From assembly GCA_003165595.1 (NCBI GenBank), contig PLWQ01000025.1, positions 39,093 through 103,092 on the forward strand: 64,000 nt of DNA, in the 5' to 3' direction. Both the position numbers and the translations under genes were made by a program. The notes below the pieces were generated by a model, which made no database searches, was not told where the DNA came from, and saw only the letters and a program-made list of their open reading frames with translations. The number at the start of each line of letters is the position of its first letter. Position 1 is the stretch's first letter. The DNA is from Fibrobacterota bacterium. Its GTDB lineage: Bacteria; Fibrobacterota; Chitinivibrionia; Chitinivibrionales; FEN-1185. Shown piece after piece: positions 18,028-26,597 of the stretch.

Positions 18028-18056
18028 TTGACAAAGTTAATAATTATTGGTATATT
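18028..18056 (+). promoter_or_regulatory. sigma-70-type promoter candidate (TTGACA-17 nt-TATATT)
   Basis: TTGACA at 18028-18033, a 17-nt spacer, TATATT at 18051-18056. It sits about 30 nt upstream of the DUF2089 gene in an AT-rich tract. Confidence 0.5.
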
Positions 18057-18086
18057 TTATTAAGAAAATCAATTTGGAGGTTAGGA

Positions 18087-18449
18087 ATGGCATCTGCATG
18101 GTACGAATTGACGGCACTTACAGGCCAAAAGGAATTTTCGGTCACATCCATCAGAATGAAAGATACTGGCATCGCCATCGAAGGAGAATTCGATCTTCCG
18201 GCTTTGGCCAAACTTTCGGACGAAGATCAGGTTTTCGTGGGGCATTTTATTCGCACTCACGGATCTATAAAGGAAATGGAACAGGCGTTCGGCGTGAGCT
18301 ACCCCACCATCAAAGCCAGGCTCAACAGGATTTGCAGCCAGCTCAAGTTCGTTGAAGTTGTGCCCGCCTCAAAGCGGGAGGGAATCCTGGCAAAGCTCGA
18401 ACTCGGGGAGATCACGGCGAAAGAAGCCGCGGAACAACTGAGGAGTTAA
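18087..18449 (+). CDS. DUF2089-family protein (HTH-containing)
   Basis: Start trimmed to ATG 18087 (GGAGG at 18076-18080); 120 aa. FVGHFIRTHGSIKEMEQAFGVSYPTIKARLNRI is the DUF2089 C-terminal HTH-like signature. Confidence 0.75.
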   Translation: MASAWYELTALTGQKEFSVTSIRMKDTGIAIEGEFDLPALAKLSDEDQVFVGHFIRTHGSIKEMEQAFGVSYPTIKARLNRICSQLKFVEVVPASKREGILAKLELGEITAKEAAEQLRS

Positions 18450-18451
18450 CC

Positions 18452-18733
18452 ATGGTACCAAGCATCATGAACCTGCGCATAGAGGACGGCAACAAATTCA
18501 GGCTCAGGCTGTGGTTGCCCCTGTTCCTGGTGTGGCCGGTAGTACTTGTTTTGTTTTTGATTCTGCTGCCGTTTCTCGTGGTTGCCGAAGTGGTCCTGAG
18601 ATTGACGAATGTGCAAATTTACCTTTTTCGGTTGCTCGGTGGCGTGTTCTCGCTCCTCTCGGCCCTGCGCGGCCTCACGGTCCGCGTAAAAAGCGTCCGT
18701 TCTTCTTCAATCGTAGACGTTGTCATACGCTAA
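18452..18733 (+). CDS. small hypothetical membrane protein
   Basis: 93 aa. Starts 2 nt after the DUF2089 stop. Two hydrophobic helices (LWLPLFLVWPVVLVLFLILLPFLVV; LFRLLGGVFSLLSAL). Confidence 0.55.
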   Translation: MVPSIMNLRIEDGNKFRLRLWLPLFLVWPVVLVLFLILLPFLVVAEVVLRLTNVQIYLFRLLGGVFSLLSALRGLTVRVKSVRSSSIVDVVIR

Positions 18734-18747
18734 CAATGGAGGTGCAT

Positions 18748-19176
18748 ATGAATGATGAGAGAAAACGCATCCTGTCGATGCTGGGCGAGGGCAAGATTTC
18801 GGCCAGCGAAGCCGAGGATCTGCTCGATGCCCTTGGAAAAAACGGCGACTCGCAGCAGGCTGCCGGAACGTCCGCCACGCCGGCAGTTCCCCGCAACATC
18901 AAGTACATGTATGTCAAGGTGCTCAGTTCGGAGCAGGACAATGTTGACGTACGCGTGCCGCTCGGGCTTATCCGGGCAGGCATGCGGTTCACTTCGCTTA
19001 TTCCGCCCATGGCAATGGCGACCATCAACAGCTCGCTCAAGGAAAAGGGCATGAATTTCGACCTGGGCAACATTAAGCCGGAAGACATCGAGGAGCTCAT
19101 AAAGAACCTTGCGGACATGGAAGTGAATGTTAAGTCGAAGAACGGGGACATTGTAAAGGTATATTGCGGGGAATAG
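18748..19176 (+). CDS. SHOCT-like / YvlB-LiaX-N-terminal-like domain protein
   Basis: Start trimmed to ATG 18748 (GGAGG at 18738-18742); 142 aa. RILSMLGEGKISASEAEDLLDAL is the SHOCT-like helix commonly found next to DUF2089 genes. Confidence 0.7.
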   Translation: MNDERKRILSMLGEGKISASEAEDLLDALGKNGDSQQAAGTSATPAVPRNIKYMYVKVLSSEQDNVDVRVPLGLIRAGMRFTSLIPPMAMATINSSLKEKGMNFDLGNIKPEDIEELIKNLADMEVNVKSKNGDIVKVYCGE

Positions 19177-19195
19177 ACAGGAAAGAATTGAAAGA

Positions 19196-19224
19196 CCTCG
19201 CAGCAAGCTGCGAGGAATCTTTCC
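19196..19224 (+). terminator. hairpin, possible intrinsic terminator of the DUF2089 cassette
   Basis: CCTCGCAGC-AA-GCTGCGAGG (19196-19215) followed by AATCTTTCC. The T-tract is weak. Confidence 0.4.
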
Positions 19225-19268
19225 ATCCCTATGGAACGAAAACATACTTGTAGTCGCTCGCTATGGGA

Positions 19269-19306
<38 letters not shown>

Positions 19307-19392
19307 CTTGAAGTTGAAACAAGAAAACAGCAATCAATTCCATCCGTATTCTTGACTTTGTCACTTTGCTACTCTTCCCGAAAGGAGAAACC

Positions 19393-19560
19393 ATGGGTCC
19401 GGCGGAAATAATGCGGGAACATATAGAGTTCTGGACGAGCAACGAATGCCCGCCGCTGTCGCGGGAGGATGTTGAACTGGTAAAAAGGCTTGCCGAGGTC
19501 TCCGGGGTGGCACTGCCGAAGTTCTGGGGACCGAAGCGGGCGGAGAACAAGGCGGCTTAA
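19393..19560 (+). CDS. small hypothetical protein (55 aa)
   Basis: ATG 19393 is preceded by AAGGAG (19382-19387). No motif recognised; it could be non-coding. Confidence 0.3.
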   Translation: MGPAEIMREHIEFWTSNECPPLSREDVELVKRLAEVSGVALPKFWGPKRAENKAA

Positions 19561-19836
19561 GTATTTCTTGACCCCGGAATTCCATTTGTGACTTCACAAT
19601 TGCGCATTTCTCATCTGCCGCGCGCCAGGGCGGACTGGAAGGCGCGCTGGAGCGCGTTGCCGGCCGACCCCGCCGTCAGGCACAGGGCGGACCGGCAACG
19701 AGGCCAGCAGCCGACGACCCTTGGAAGCACCCGGCGGGGTGGCCTGGAAGGAGGCCCGCCGCCGCGTCGCGGCGGGGCGCCCAATATTCTTTTAGTGTGT
19801 GGAATGCTCGCCTGAAAAAATACTGCCCCAGGTATT

Positions 19837-20943
19837 TTATTCAATCGTCGAATTCACAATCGTCCGCTTCGTATCATCAAACATCGAAATCCCGGGCAGC
19901 ACGTACCACGACCCGCCGATGTTGTTTCTGATCACCGAGTTTTGGATGACAATGTTCCCGCTGTGGTCGTCGGTGACGAAGAAAATGGCCGAGCCGAAGG
20001 CGTTCACCTGGTTCGAATCAATGAGGCACCCGCACAGGGAAAGCGTCATGGTGTTGCCGTCGTTGTAGATTGCGCCTCCGCTGCCGCCGCCGGGCGTGCC
20101 CGATTGCGCCGGATTTCCGCCGCTGCCGATCGCCCTGTTATGGGAGAACAGGCAGTTGATGAGCGTCCACGATACGTCGATGCTGCTGATCCCTCCCCCG
20201 TTTGCGCCCGCGTTGCCGTATCCGTCGGCGCCGCCGAACGTGGTGTTCACCACGTACACTGGCTGGTTGTTGTGCTGGCTAAAGACCCGGATTGCCGCGC
20301 CGCCCACGTCCGGACCGCTGTCCGCGCAGACATTGTTGAAGAACCGGCAATTGACCACCTTGAATCTGCCGCCCCTTACCCATATCGCGCCGCCACCGTC
20401 ATACACGGTTTCGTTTTTGGAATTCCCGTTTATAAATGTGAGGTTCTGTACCGTCAGATGCGGGCTGTCCTGGTTCTGGCAATGCGACGTTGTCCAGTGC
20501 TGGTTCGAATCGCAGGTGTTCATGTACAAAATGCGCGTGCTGTTCCCGCCGGAGAGCGTGACCAGCCCGCCGCCGTCAATCACGATGTTGGCGTTGGAAT
20601 CGTTGAAAATCTTGGCCGGCCTGGTGAGCGTGATGGTAAAAGGCTGGCTGCCGCCGTTAAAAACGATCTTCCCGCCTGATGCCACTGCATTGATAACCGC
20701 GTCCGGCGTGCAGCTTTCCGGCGTGCCGGTACCTATCACATGGTCCGGATTGGAAACATCCTCCGGCCCGGCCTCGGCAGGGATCTGGCATGTACCGGTG
20801 GGATTTCCGGCCGGCGGTCCGGATTGCGGATTGGCAAGAGGATTCGTTACGGTGATATAGTTTACGGACTTGTTGGGAGCCTGGCAAGCGGAGAAGACGG
20901 CAACCGATGCGAGGAAGATTCTAGTGACACGGCGCAGATGCAT
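19837..20943 (-). CDS. parallel beta-helix repeat lipoprotein (Pmp-type GGAI/FxxN repeats, pectin-lyase fold)
   Basis: 368 aa. Signal peptide plus lipobox-like VFSAC. Repeated GGAIWV / GGAAIRV / GGGISS / GGAIYN alternate with FINGN / FFNN / FSHN. Confidence 0.75.
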   Translation of the reverse strand: MHLRRVTRIFLASVAVFSACQAPNKSVNYITVTNPLANPQSGPPAGNPTGTCQIPAEAGPEDVSNPDHVIGTGTPESCTPDAVINAVASGGKIVFNGGSQPFTITLTRPAKIFNDSNANIVIDGGGLVTLSGGNSTRILYMNTCDSNQHWTTSHCQNQDSPHLTVQNLTFINGNSKNETVYDGGGAIWVRGGRFKVVNCRFFNNVCADSGPDVGGAAIRVFSQHNNQPVYVVNTTFGGADGYGNAGANGGGISSIDVSWTLINCLFSHNRAIGSGGNPAQSGTPGGGSGGAIYNDGNTMTLSLCGCLIDSNQVNAFGSAIFFVTDDHSGNIVIQNSVIRNNIGGSWYVLPGISMFDDTKRTIVNSTIE

Positions 20944-20949
20944 GGAGAG

Positions 20950-22041
20950 CTACCCGCCTACCCGCTCGTAGAACGTCCGCAGGTCCGTTACCACGTGTTC
21001 CATGGACTGGTACCGCTCGCGTATGCCACCCATGCATTTCACGATGATTTCGCCGAGTTCTTCGAAGCCCCGGGGCGGCGTCTTGACAATCGGCTTTTCC
21101 CGCGCAAGCTTGAGCAGGACGTTGGTGGTGTTCTTGTTGATGCTTTTCGGGTGCGATCCGAACAGGAGTTCGAAGCAGACCACGCCGAAAGAATAAATGT
21201 CGGTGCGCTGGTCCAGGTTCTCCGGGTTGTAAATCTGCTCGGGCGACATGTAGAACTGCGATCCGATGATGACGCCGTCGTACTTTGAGGTGTACGATTT
21301 TACCCACCGCACCGTGCCGAAATCGGCCAGCTTCACGTCTATCTTCCGCGACCTCGCCGGCCGCCACCCGTCCACGTCGCCCTGATGCGGCGGAACGAAG
21401 CTCCGCGGGAACAGGATGTTTTCCGGCTTGATGTCGCGGTGAAAGATGCCCTCGGTGTGGACGTTGCTTATCATTTCGGCAATGGTAAGCATAAGCTTGG
21501 CCTTGAACAGGAGCATGTCCGGCGAATCGATCATGTATTTCTTGTCTCCAAGAAGACTCCTGAGCGTGGCGCCCATCTGTTCCATCAGAATGAACCGGAA
21601 ATTGTTCTTATGGTCGAATTCGCCGAAATCGAACACCTTCACAACGCTGCGCGACACGGTATCGGAGAGACTCTTTGAAAGGTCCCATTGCACGTAGGAC
21701 TCGTTTGTAAACCGCTTCTTCATTTCCTTGACGCGCATTTCCTCTTCAAAAGGATCGCCGTTGGGCCCTTTGCGGATCGTGAGCAGGTCGCTGCGAAGAA
21801 TCTTGATGGCGAAATCGGTGACGCCGTCGTAGTTCGACGACGCCTTGAACACGTCGGCGAACCCGCCGCTGCCGATGTGATCTCCGATAACGATGGACGG
21901 CGTGTGCTTTCGAAACGTTGAGCGGATCCGGTCGAAATGCCTGCTAAGCGCGGTACCGTTTGACGGACGCGAAAACGCCTGCATGGTGAGACGTATCGGA
22001 ATTCGGCCGATTCGTTCGACAATGGAGTCCATGGGGGGCAT
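20950..22041 (-). CDS. Hanks-type serine/threonine protein kinase (cytoplasmic)
   Basis: 363 aa. GSGGFADVFKA, AIKILR, HRDIKPENILF, DFGTVRW, MSPEQ. Confidence 0.9.
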   Translation of the reverse strand: MPPMDSIVERIGRIPIRLTMQAFSRPSNGTALSRHFDRIRSTFRKHTPSIVIGDHIGSGGFADVFKASSNYDGVTDFAIKILRSDLLTIRKGPNGDPFEEEMRVKEMKKRFTNESYVQWDLSKSLSDTVSRSVVKVFDFGEFDHKNNFRFILMEQMGATLRSLLGDKKYMIDSPDMLLFKAKLMLTIAEMISNVHTEGIFHRDIKPENILFPRSFVPPHQGDVDGWRPARSRKIDVKLADFGTVRWVKSYTSKYDGVIIGSQFYMSPEQIYNPENLDQRTDIYSFGVVCFELLFGSHPKSINKNTTNVLLKLAREKPIVKTPPRGFEELGEIIVKCMGGIRERYQSMEHVVTDLRTFYERVGG

Positions 22042-22192
22042 GCTCCTTTTAAGCCGTCGAATTTTCTATGGAGTGCGGCAACGCCGCCGGAAGATTTGCA
22101 CTCGACGCCCGGTCCTGGTATCAAACCGCCGAGGGTCTGCTAGAGAAATACTTATTGCATTGTGATAAAGCAACAGCGGACCGGGGTGCCGC

Positions 22193-23503
22193 CTACAATT
22201 CGGCCGTGAGCTGCCTCAGCTTGGTCTCGGCGGCCTTGAGATTGTATTCGATGTTTATGAGGCGCGTGCGAGAGTCTTGATAGCTCTCCTGCGCCTGGCG
22301 CAGTTCCAGCGAGGTGGATTGGCCGAGCCGCAAGCGCGCCATAGAGATATCGAGGTTCTCCTTTGCGAGCGTATCGTTGCCTTTTTCGATCTGCAACAGG
22401 GACCGCTGGATTTCGAATTCGTCGAGCGCATTCAGGAGCTGGCTCGCCACGTCAAGCTTGGTGTTTTTCAAATTGTATTCCGTTGACGAGAGCGATAGTT
22501 TTGCCGCGGCGATCTGCCGGGAGACGCTTCCGGCCTGGTACAGCGGAATGGTAATGCCCCCGTCCACCAGCGGGCCATAGGTGCGGTTCAGGTAGAACGA
22601 GCTCTGAGGGTTGTCCATTTGCGACGCGGCATACCCGCCGCTTACAGTTATCCTGGGCAGGGCGAGAGCCCGTGCCTCATGCAAGCTGAGCCTGGCCACC
22701 TCCACTTGCTTCTGCACCGACCGAATGTCCATGTTGCTTGAGTAGAGCTTCCGCACCATTTGCGTCGTATCGGGCTCGTAGGTAAGCGGGATGGAATCCG
22801 AAACGTCGAATTGCTCGTTTGCGTCTCGGCACAAAATCAGGTTGAGGTTCCTCTTGGCCATAGTGATAACGACTTCCTGCGCAAGCGCATTTTCCCGGAA
22901 TACATTGAGGTCGATCTGCGCCTGCAGGAGCGTTGTCTTGGGCGAAAGCCCCGCGCCGAAGCTTGTTTGCAGTATGGTCACCTGCTCTTGATTATAGGTA
23001 ATGACGTCCCGGATGGAGGCAAGCTGCTGCTTCTGTCGAACCACATCGTAATACGCGGTGATCACGTCATAGGCGGTCTGGAGCACCTTGGTCTTGAATT
23101 GCAGCATGCCAAGCGATTCCAATTCGCCGAGTTTCTTCTTGGTGACAAACATCTTGCCGCCGTCAAACAGGGTCCAGTTGAGAAGCGCGTTTGCGGCAAA
23201 GACGTTGGATCCGACGTAATTGTACGTTATTTGCGCAGGAGGCGGAGTCACCAGCTTCTCTAAGCCGCTGTTGAGCGAGTAGTTGTCGGAACCAGAAATG
23301 GAAACCGTCGGCAACATTCCCGCATTTCCGGGCGTGTTATTGACTTTCGCTATTTCCGCATCGTTGTGCGCCACAAGAATGTCGTAATTGTTCTTGAGCG
23401 CGATACTCACGGCCTCGTCGGCGGTGAGCAGGTGCTGTGCGCAAGCGGCGGCCATGCAAGTGAGGCAAAGGAGAAGTGGATGATACAAGCGCGCGCGAGT
23501 CAT
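22193..23503 (-). CDS. TolC-family outer membrane efflux protein
   Basis: Start trimmed to ATG 23503, after the stop of the RND gene at 23511; 436 aa. Signal peptide MTRARLYHPLLLCLTCMAAACA, then two OEP-type repeats. Confidence 0.85.
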   Translation of the reverse strand: MTRARLYHPLLLCLTCMAAACAQHLLTADEAVSIALKNNYDILVAHNDAEIAKVNNTPGNAGMLPTVSISGSDNYSLNSGLEKLVTPPPAQITYNYVGSNVFAANALLNWTLFDGGKMFVTKKKLGELESLGMLQFKTKVLQTAYDVITAYYDVVRQKQQLASIRDVITYNQEQVTILQTSFGAGLSPKTTLLQAQIDLNVFRENALAQEVVITMAKRNLNLILCRDANEQFDVSDSIPLTYEPDTTQMVRKLYSSNMDIRSVQKQVEVARLSLHEARALALPRITVSGGYAASQMDNPQSSFYLNRTYGPLVDGGITIPLYQAGSVSRQIAAAKLSLSSTEYNLKNTKLDVASQLLNALDEFEIQRSLLQIEKGNDTLAKENLDISMARLRLGQSTSLELRQAQESYQDSRTRLINIEYNLKAAETKLRQLTAEL

Positions 23504-23510
23504 TGCCGTC

Positions 23511-26500
23511 CTATTTGTGAGGGTCGGAAGTCGCCATGGTCGGCACCGGTTTCCGGTCTTTGGCCATGAGCGTATACATAACAGGAATGACAAACAGCGT
23601 AAGGATGAGCGCGAACAAGAGGCCGCCGTCCACCACAACACCGAGCGGCATGCGGCTTTCGGCGCCGGCACCCAGCCCTAGCGTGATCGGCAGCGCGCCG
23701 AACACGGTTGCGAGTGACGTCATGAGAATGGGACGAAGCCTTGCAGCTGCCGCTTCGAACGCGGCCTCTTTCTTCTCAAGACCGGCTTTTCTTTTCTGAT
23801 TTGCAAACTCGACGATGAGGATGCCGTTCTTGGTGACGAGGCCGATAAGCATGATCATGCCGATTTCGGAGAAGATATTCATGGTCATGTGGCACAGCCA
23901 GAGGGACAGCATGGCCCCCGCGATTGCGAGCGGCACGGTGAGCATGATGATAAACGGTTCACGGAAACTCTCGAACTGGAAGGCCAGAATGAGATAGATA
24001 AACAGAAGCGCCAGAACAAGCGCGAATGAGGTGTTGGAGCTGCTTTCTGCGAAATCCCTCGACGGGCCGGAAAGCTCGGTGTGAAACGTTCCATCCAGAA
24101 CTTTCTTGGCAATTTTCCGCATTGCCGCGATTCCCTCGCCGAGAGTCCTGCCCTGCGCAAGCGTCGCACCTACCGTGGCCGATTTGAACCGGTTATAGTG
24201 GTACAAGGTAGGCGGGCTGCTGTTTTCGGTCATGGTGACAAGGTTGTCTAGCTGGATGAGATTGCCCGCGTTGTTCCGGACATACAACGCCGTGATGTCG
24301 GCAGGCTTATTGCGCTCCGTCCGGTCCACCTGTCCGATCACCATATACTGTTTCCCGTTTCGCAAATAGTATTCGTACAAGCGTCCGCTCAGGGCGAAAT
24401 CGAGCGTGGTGGAAACATCGACCACATTGACGCCGAGATCGGTTGCCTTAAGCCTGTTGACCGTAAGATCGACTTCCGGCTTGTTAAACTTCAGGTCCAC
24501 GTCAATAGTGCCGAACACCGGGTCGCTACGCGCCTCGTCAAGGAATTTCGGCAGGGCATCCTGCAGCTTGCCGAAGTCGAGATTCTGCACCACGAATTGC
24601 ACCGGCAGCTGGCGGCCCGCGGAAAGCGACGTGGTAATCGTCTGCTCCTGGATCGGCACCACGCGGGCGGCCGGAAACCGTTTGTACATCCTGGACAGCC
24701 TGTCGAAAACCTGTTGCTGGGTCGCGACGCGCTCGTTGGGCTCAAGGAGAAATGTCTGGACAACCCCCGAGTTCGTCCCGTTGGAACCAAGGCCGGCGCC
24801 TGCGAAAATCAATCGCGCCTCAGAAATGCTGTCCATTTCCAATTGGGCAATGCGGTCCACCAGGCTCTGCGTGTAGTCAAACGCCGTACCTTCGGGAAGC
24901 GTGATGTTGGCCCGAACGAGGCTGTGGTCCTCCAGCGGCGCCAATTCGGATTTCAGTGTTTTCCCGAAAACAACGATGAGCACGAGGCAAGTCCCGAGAA
25001 TCACAAACGACAGCCATCTGCGCTTCATGAACGCGGCGAGGATTCTCCGGTACGTTGTTTCCAAGCCGACGAAGAACGGCTCCGTTGACTTATAGAAACG
25101 CGAATGCTGCGCATTGATTTTTCCGAGCTTGAGATTGAGCACCGGCGTCAGGGTAAGCGACACGAACGCGGAAACGAGCACCGCGCCCGCCAGAACAATC
25201 CCGAACTCCCGGAACAGTCTTCCGGTGAAACCCTGCAGGAAGATGACGGGGATAAAAACGACGGCGAGCGTCATTGAGGTGGCGATGACCACAAAGAAGA
25301 CTTCGCGCGTCCCCAAAATGCACGCGTCCCAGATTCCCATGCCCCGCTCAATCTTCTTGTAAATATTTTCCGTAACCACAATGCCGTCGTCGACCACGAG
25401 GCCTGTGGCGAGCACGATGGCGAGCAGCGTGAGCACGTTGATTGAGAACCCGAAGACATACATGATGAAAAACGCGCTGATGAGCGAGACAGGGATGTCC
25501 AGGAGCGGGCGCAAAGCCAGCACCCAGTTCCTGAAGAACAGGTACACGATCAGGATCACAAGGAACAGGGCGATGCCGATCGTCATTCGGACGTCGCTCA
25601 CCGAGGCCCGAACAAATTTCGATTTGTCGTATCCGATATACAAGTCAAGACCGGGCGGGAGGGTCTTCTTTATCTCGGCGAATCTCTTGTAGAATTCGTC
25701 GGCGATCTGGATGGTGTTGGCTCCCGGCAGGGGCAAAAGCGCCAGTGAAATTCCGTCCGCGCCGTTCAGCTTCACCCCGGTCTCGGGATTCTCCGGTCCC
25801 AACACGGCTTCGCCGATGTCTTTAAGCCTGACTACCTGGTCGTTTGTCTGCCGGATGATGAGATTGTTGAAATCCTCTTCGGTGACGAGCAGGCCGAAGG
25901 TCTTGACAATCAGCTCCGTGGATTTGCCGGTGAGTTTTCCGCTGGGAAGTTCGACATTCTCCTTTGCCAATACCGCGTTGACATCCTGGGGAGTGATGTT
26001 GTACGCCGCCATTTTGTCGGGGTTGAGCCACAGCCGCATGGCGGGCCGCTTCTGGCCAAAGAGCGCCACGGAACTTACGCCCGGAATGGTCTGCAGCTTT
26101 TCCTGCAGGATATTTTCGGCGTAATCACTCAATTCGAGCGCGTTCATGGTGGTGCTCTGCACCGAGACCGTAATGATCGGGTCACTGTTGGCATCGGCCT
26201 TGGTTACCACGGGCGGCGCGTCGATATCAACCGGCAGATTGCGCGCCGCCTGCGATACCTTGTCGCGCACGTCGTTTGCCGCTTTTTCCAGATCGGCGCC
26301 GACATTGAATTCAACGGTGATGTTAGAGCTGCCCGTCGCAGAAGATGAGGAAATCGACTTGATTCCTTCGATGCCGTTGATCGCTTTTTCGAGAGGCTCG
26401 CTTATCTGAGCTTCTATGATGTCGGCATTCGCGCCCGTATATTTTGTTTGAACGTTGATGGTGGGGGGATCGATAGCCGGATAAAGCCGTATGCCCAGGA

Positions 26501-26591
26501 AATTGAATCCGACGGCGCCGAGCAGCACAATCACCAGGCTCATAACGATGGAGGCAACGGGACGATGCAGGGAGAATTCTGAAAGTGTCAT
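23511..26591 (-). CDS. RND (AcrB/HAE1-type) efflux transporter permease
   Basis: 1026 aa. 12-TM architecture with two large periplasmic loops; N-terminus MTLSEFSLHRPVASIVMSLVIVLLG. Confidence 0.95.
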   Translation of the reverse strand: MTLSEFSLHRPVASIVMSLVIVLLGAVGFNFLGIRLYPAIDPPTINVQTKYTGANADIIEAQISEPLEKAINGIEGIKSISSSSATGSSNITVEFNVGADLEKAANDVRDKVSQAARNLPVDIDAPPVVTKADANSDPIITVSVQSTTMNALELSDYAENILQEKLQTIPGVSSVALFGQKRPAMRLWLNPDKMAAYNITPQDVNAVLAKENVELPSGKLTGKSTELIVKTFGLLVTEEDFNNLIIRQTNDQVVRLKDIGEAVLGPENPETGVKLNGADGISLALLPLPGANTIQIADEFYKRFAEIKKTLPPGLDLYIGYDKSKFVRASVSDVRMTIGIALFLVILIVYLFFRNWVLALRPLLDIPVSLISAFFIMYVFGFSINVLTLLAIVLATGLVVDDGIVVTENIYKKIERGMGIWDACILGTREVFFVVIATSMTLAVVFIPVIFLQGFTGRLFREFGIVLAGAVLVSAFVSLTLTPVLNLKLGKINAQHSRFYKSTEPFFVGLETTYRRILAAFMKRRWLSFVILGTCLVLIVVFGKTLKSELAPLEDHSLVRANITLPEGTAFDYTQSLVDRIAQLEMDSISEARLIFAGAGLGSNGTNSGVVQTFLLEPNERVATQQQVFDRLSRMYKRFPAARVVPIQEQTITTSLSAGRQLPVQFVVQNLDFGKLQDALPKFLDEARSDPVFGTIDVDLKFNKPEVDLTVNRLKATDLGVNVVDVSTTLDFALSGRLYEYYLRNGKQYMVIGQVDRTERNKPADITALYVRNNAGNLIQLDNLVTMTENSSPPTLYHYNRFKSATVGATLAQGRTLGEGIAAMRKIAKKVLDGTFHTELSGPSRDFAESSSNTSFALVLALLFIYLILAFQFESFREPFIIMLTVPLAIAGAMLSLWLCHMTMNIFSEIGMIMLIGLVTKNGILIVEFANQKRKAGLEKKEAAFEAAAARLRPILMTSLATVFGALPITLGLGAGAESRMPLGVVVDGGLLFALILTLFVIPVMYTLMAKDRKPVPTMATSDPHK

Positions 26592-26597
26592 AGTGTG

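Noticed and set aside
22193-23671. N-terminal extensions of track ORFs. Examples: TolC 23671, serpin 43740, kinase 43399, MFP 27689, cupin 10252, DUF2089 17919, SHOCT-like 18511, 563-1621.
   Set aside because: The extensions overlap the preceding gene or lack signal peptides. Internal starts have Shine-Dalgarno sequences and give proper signal peptides or ATGA coupling.
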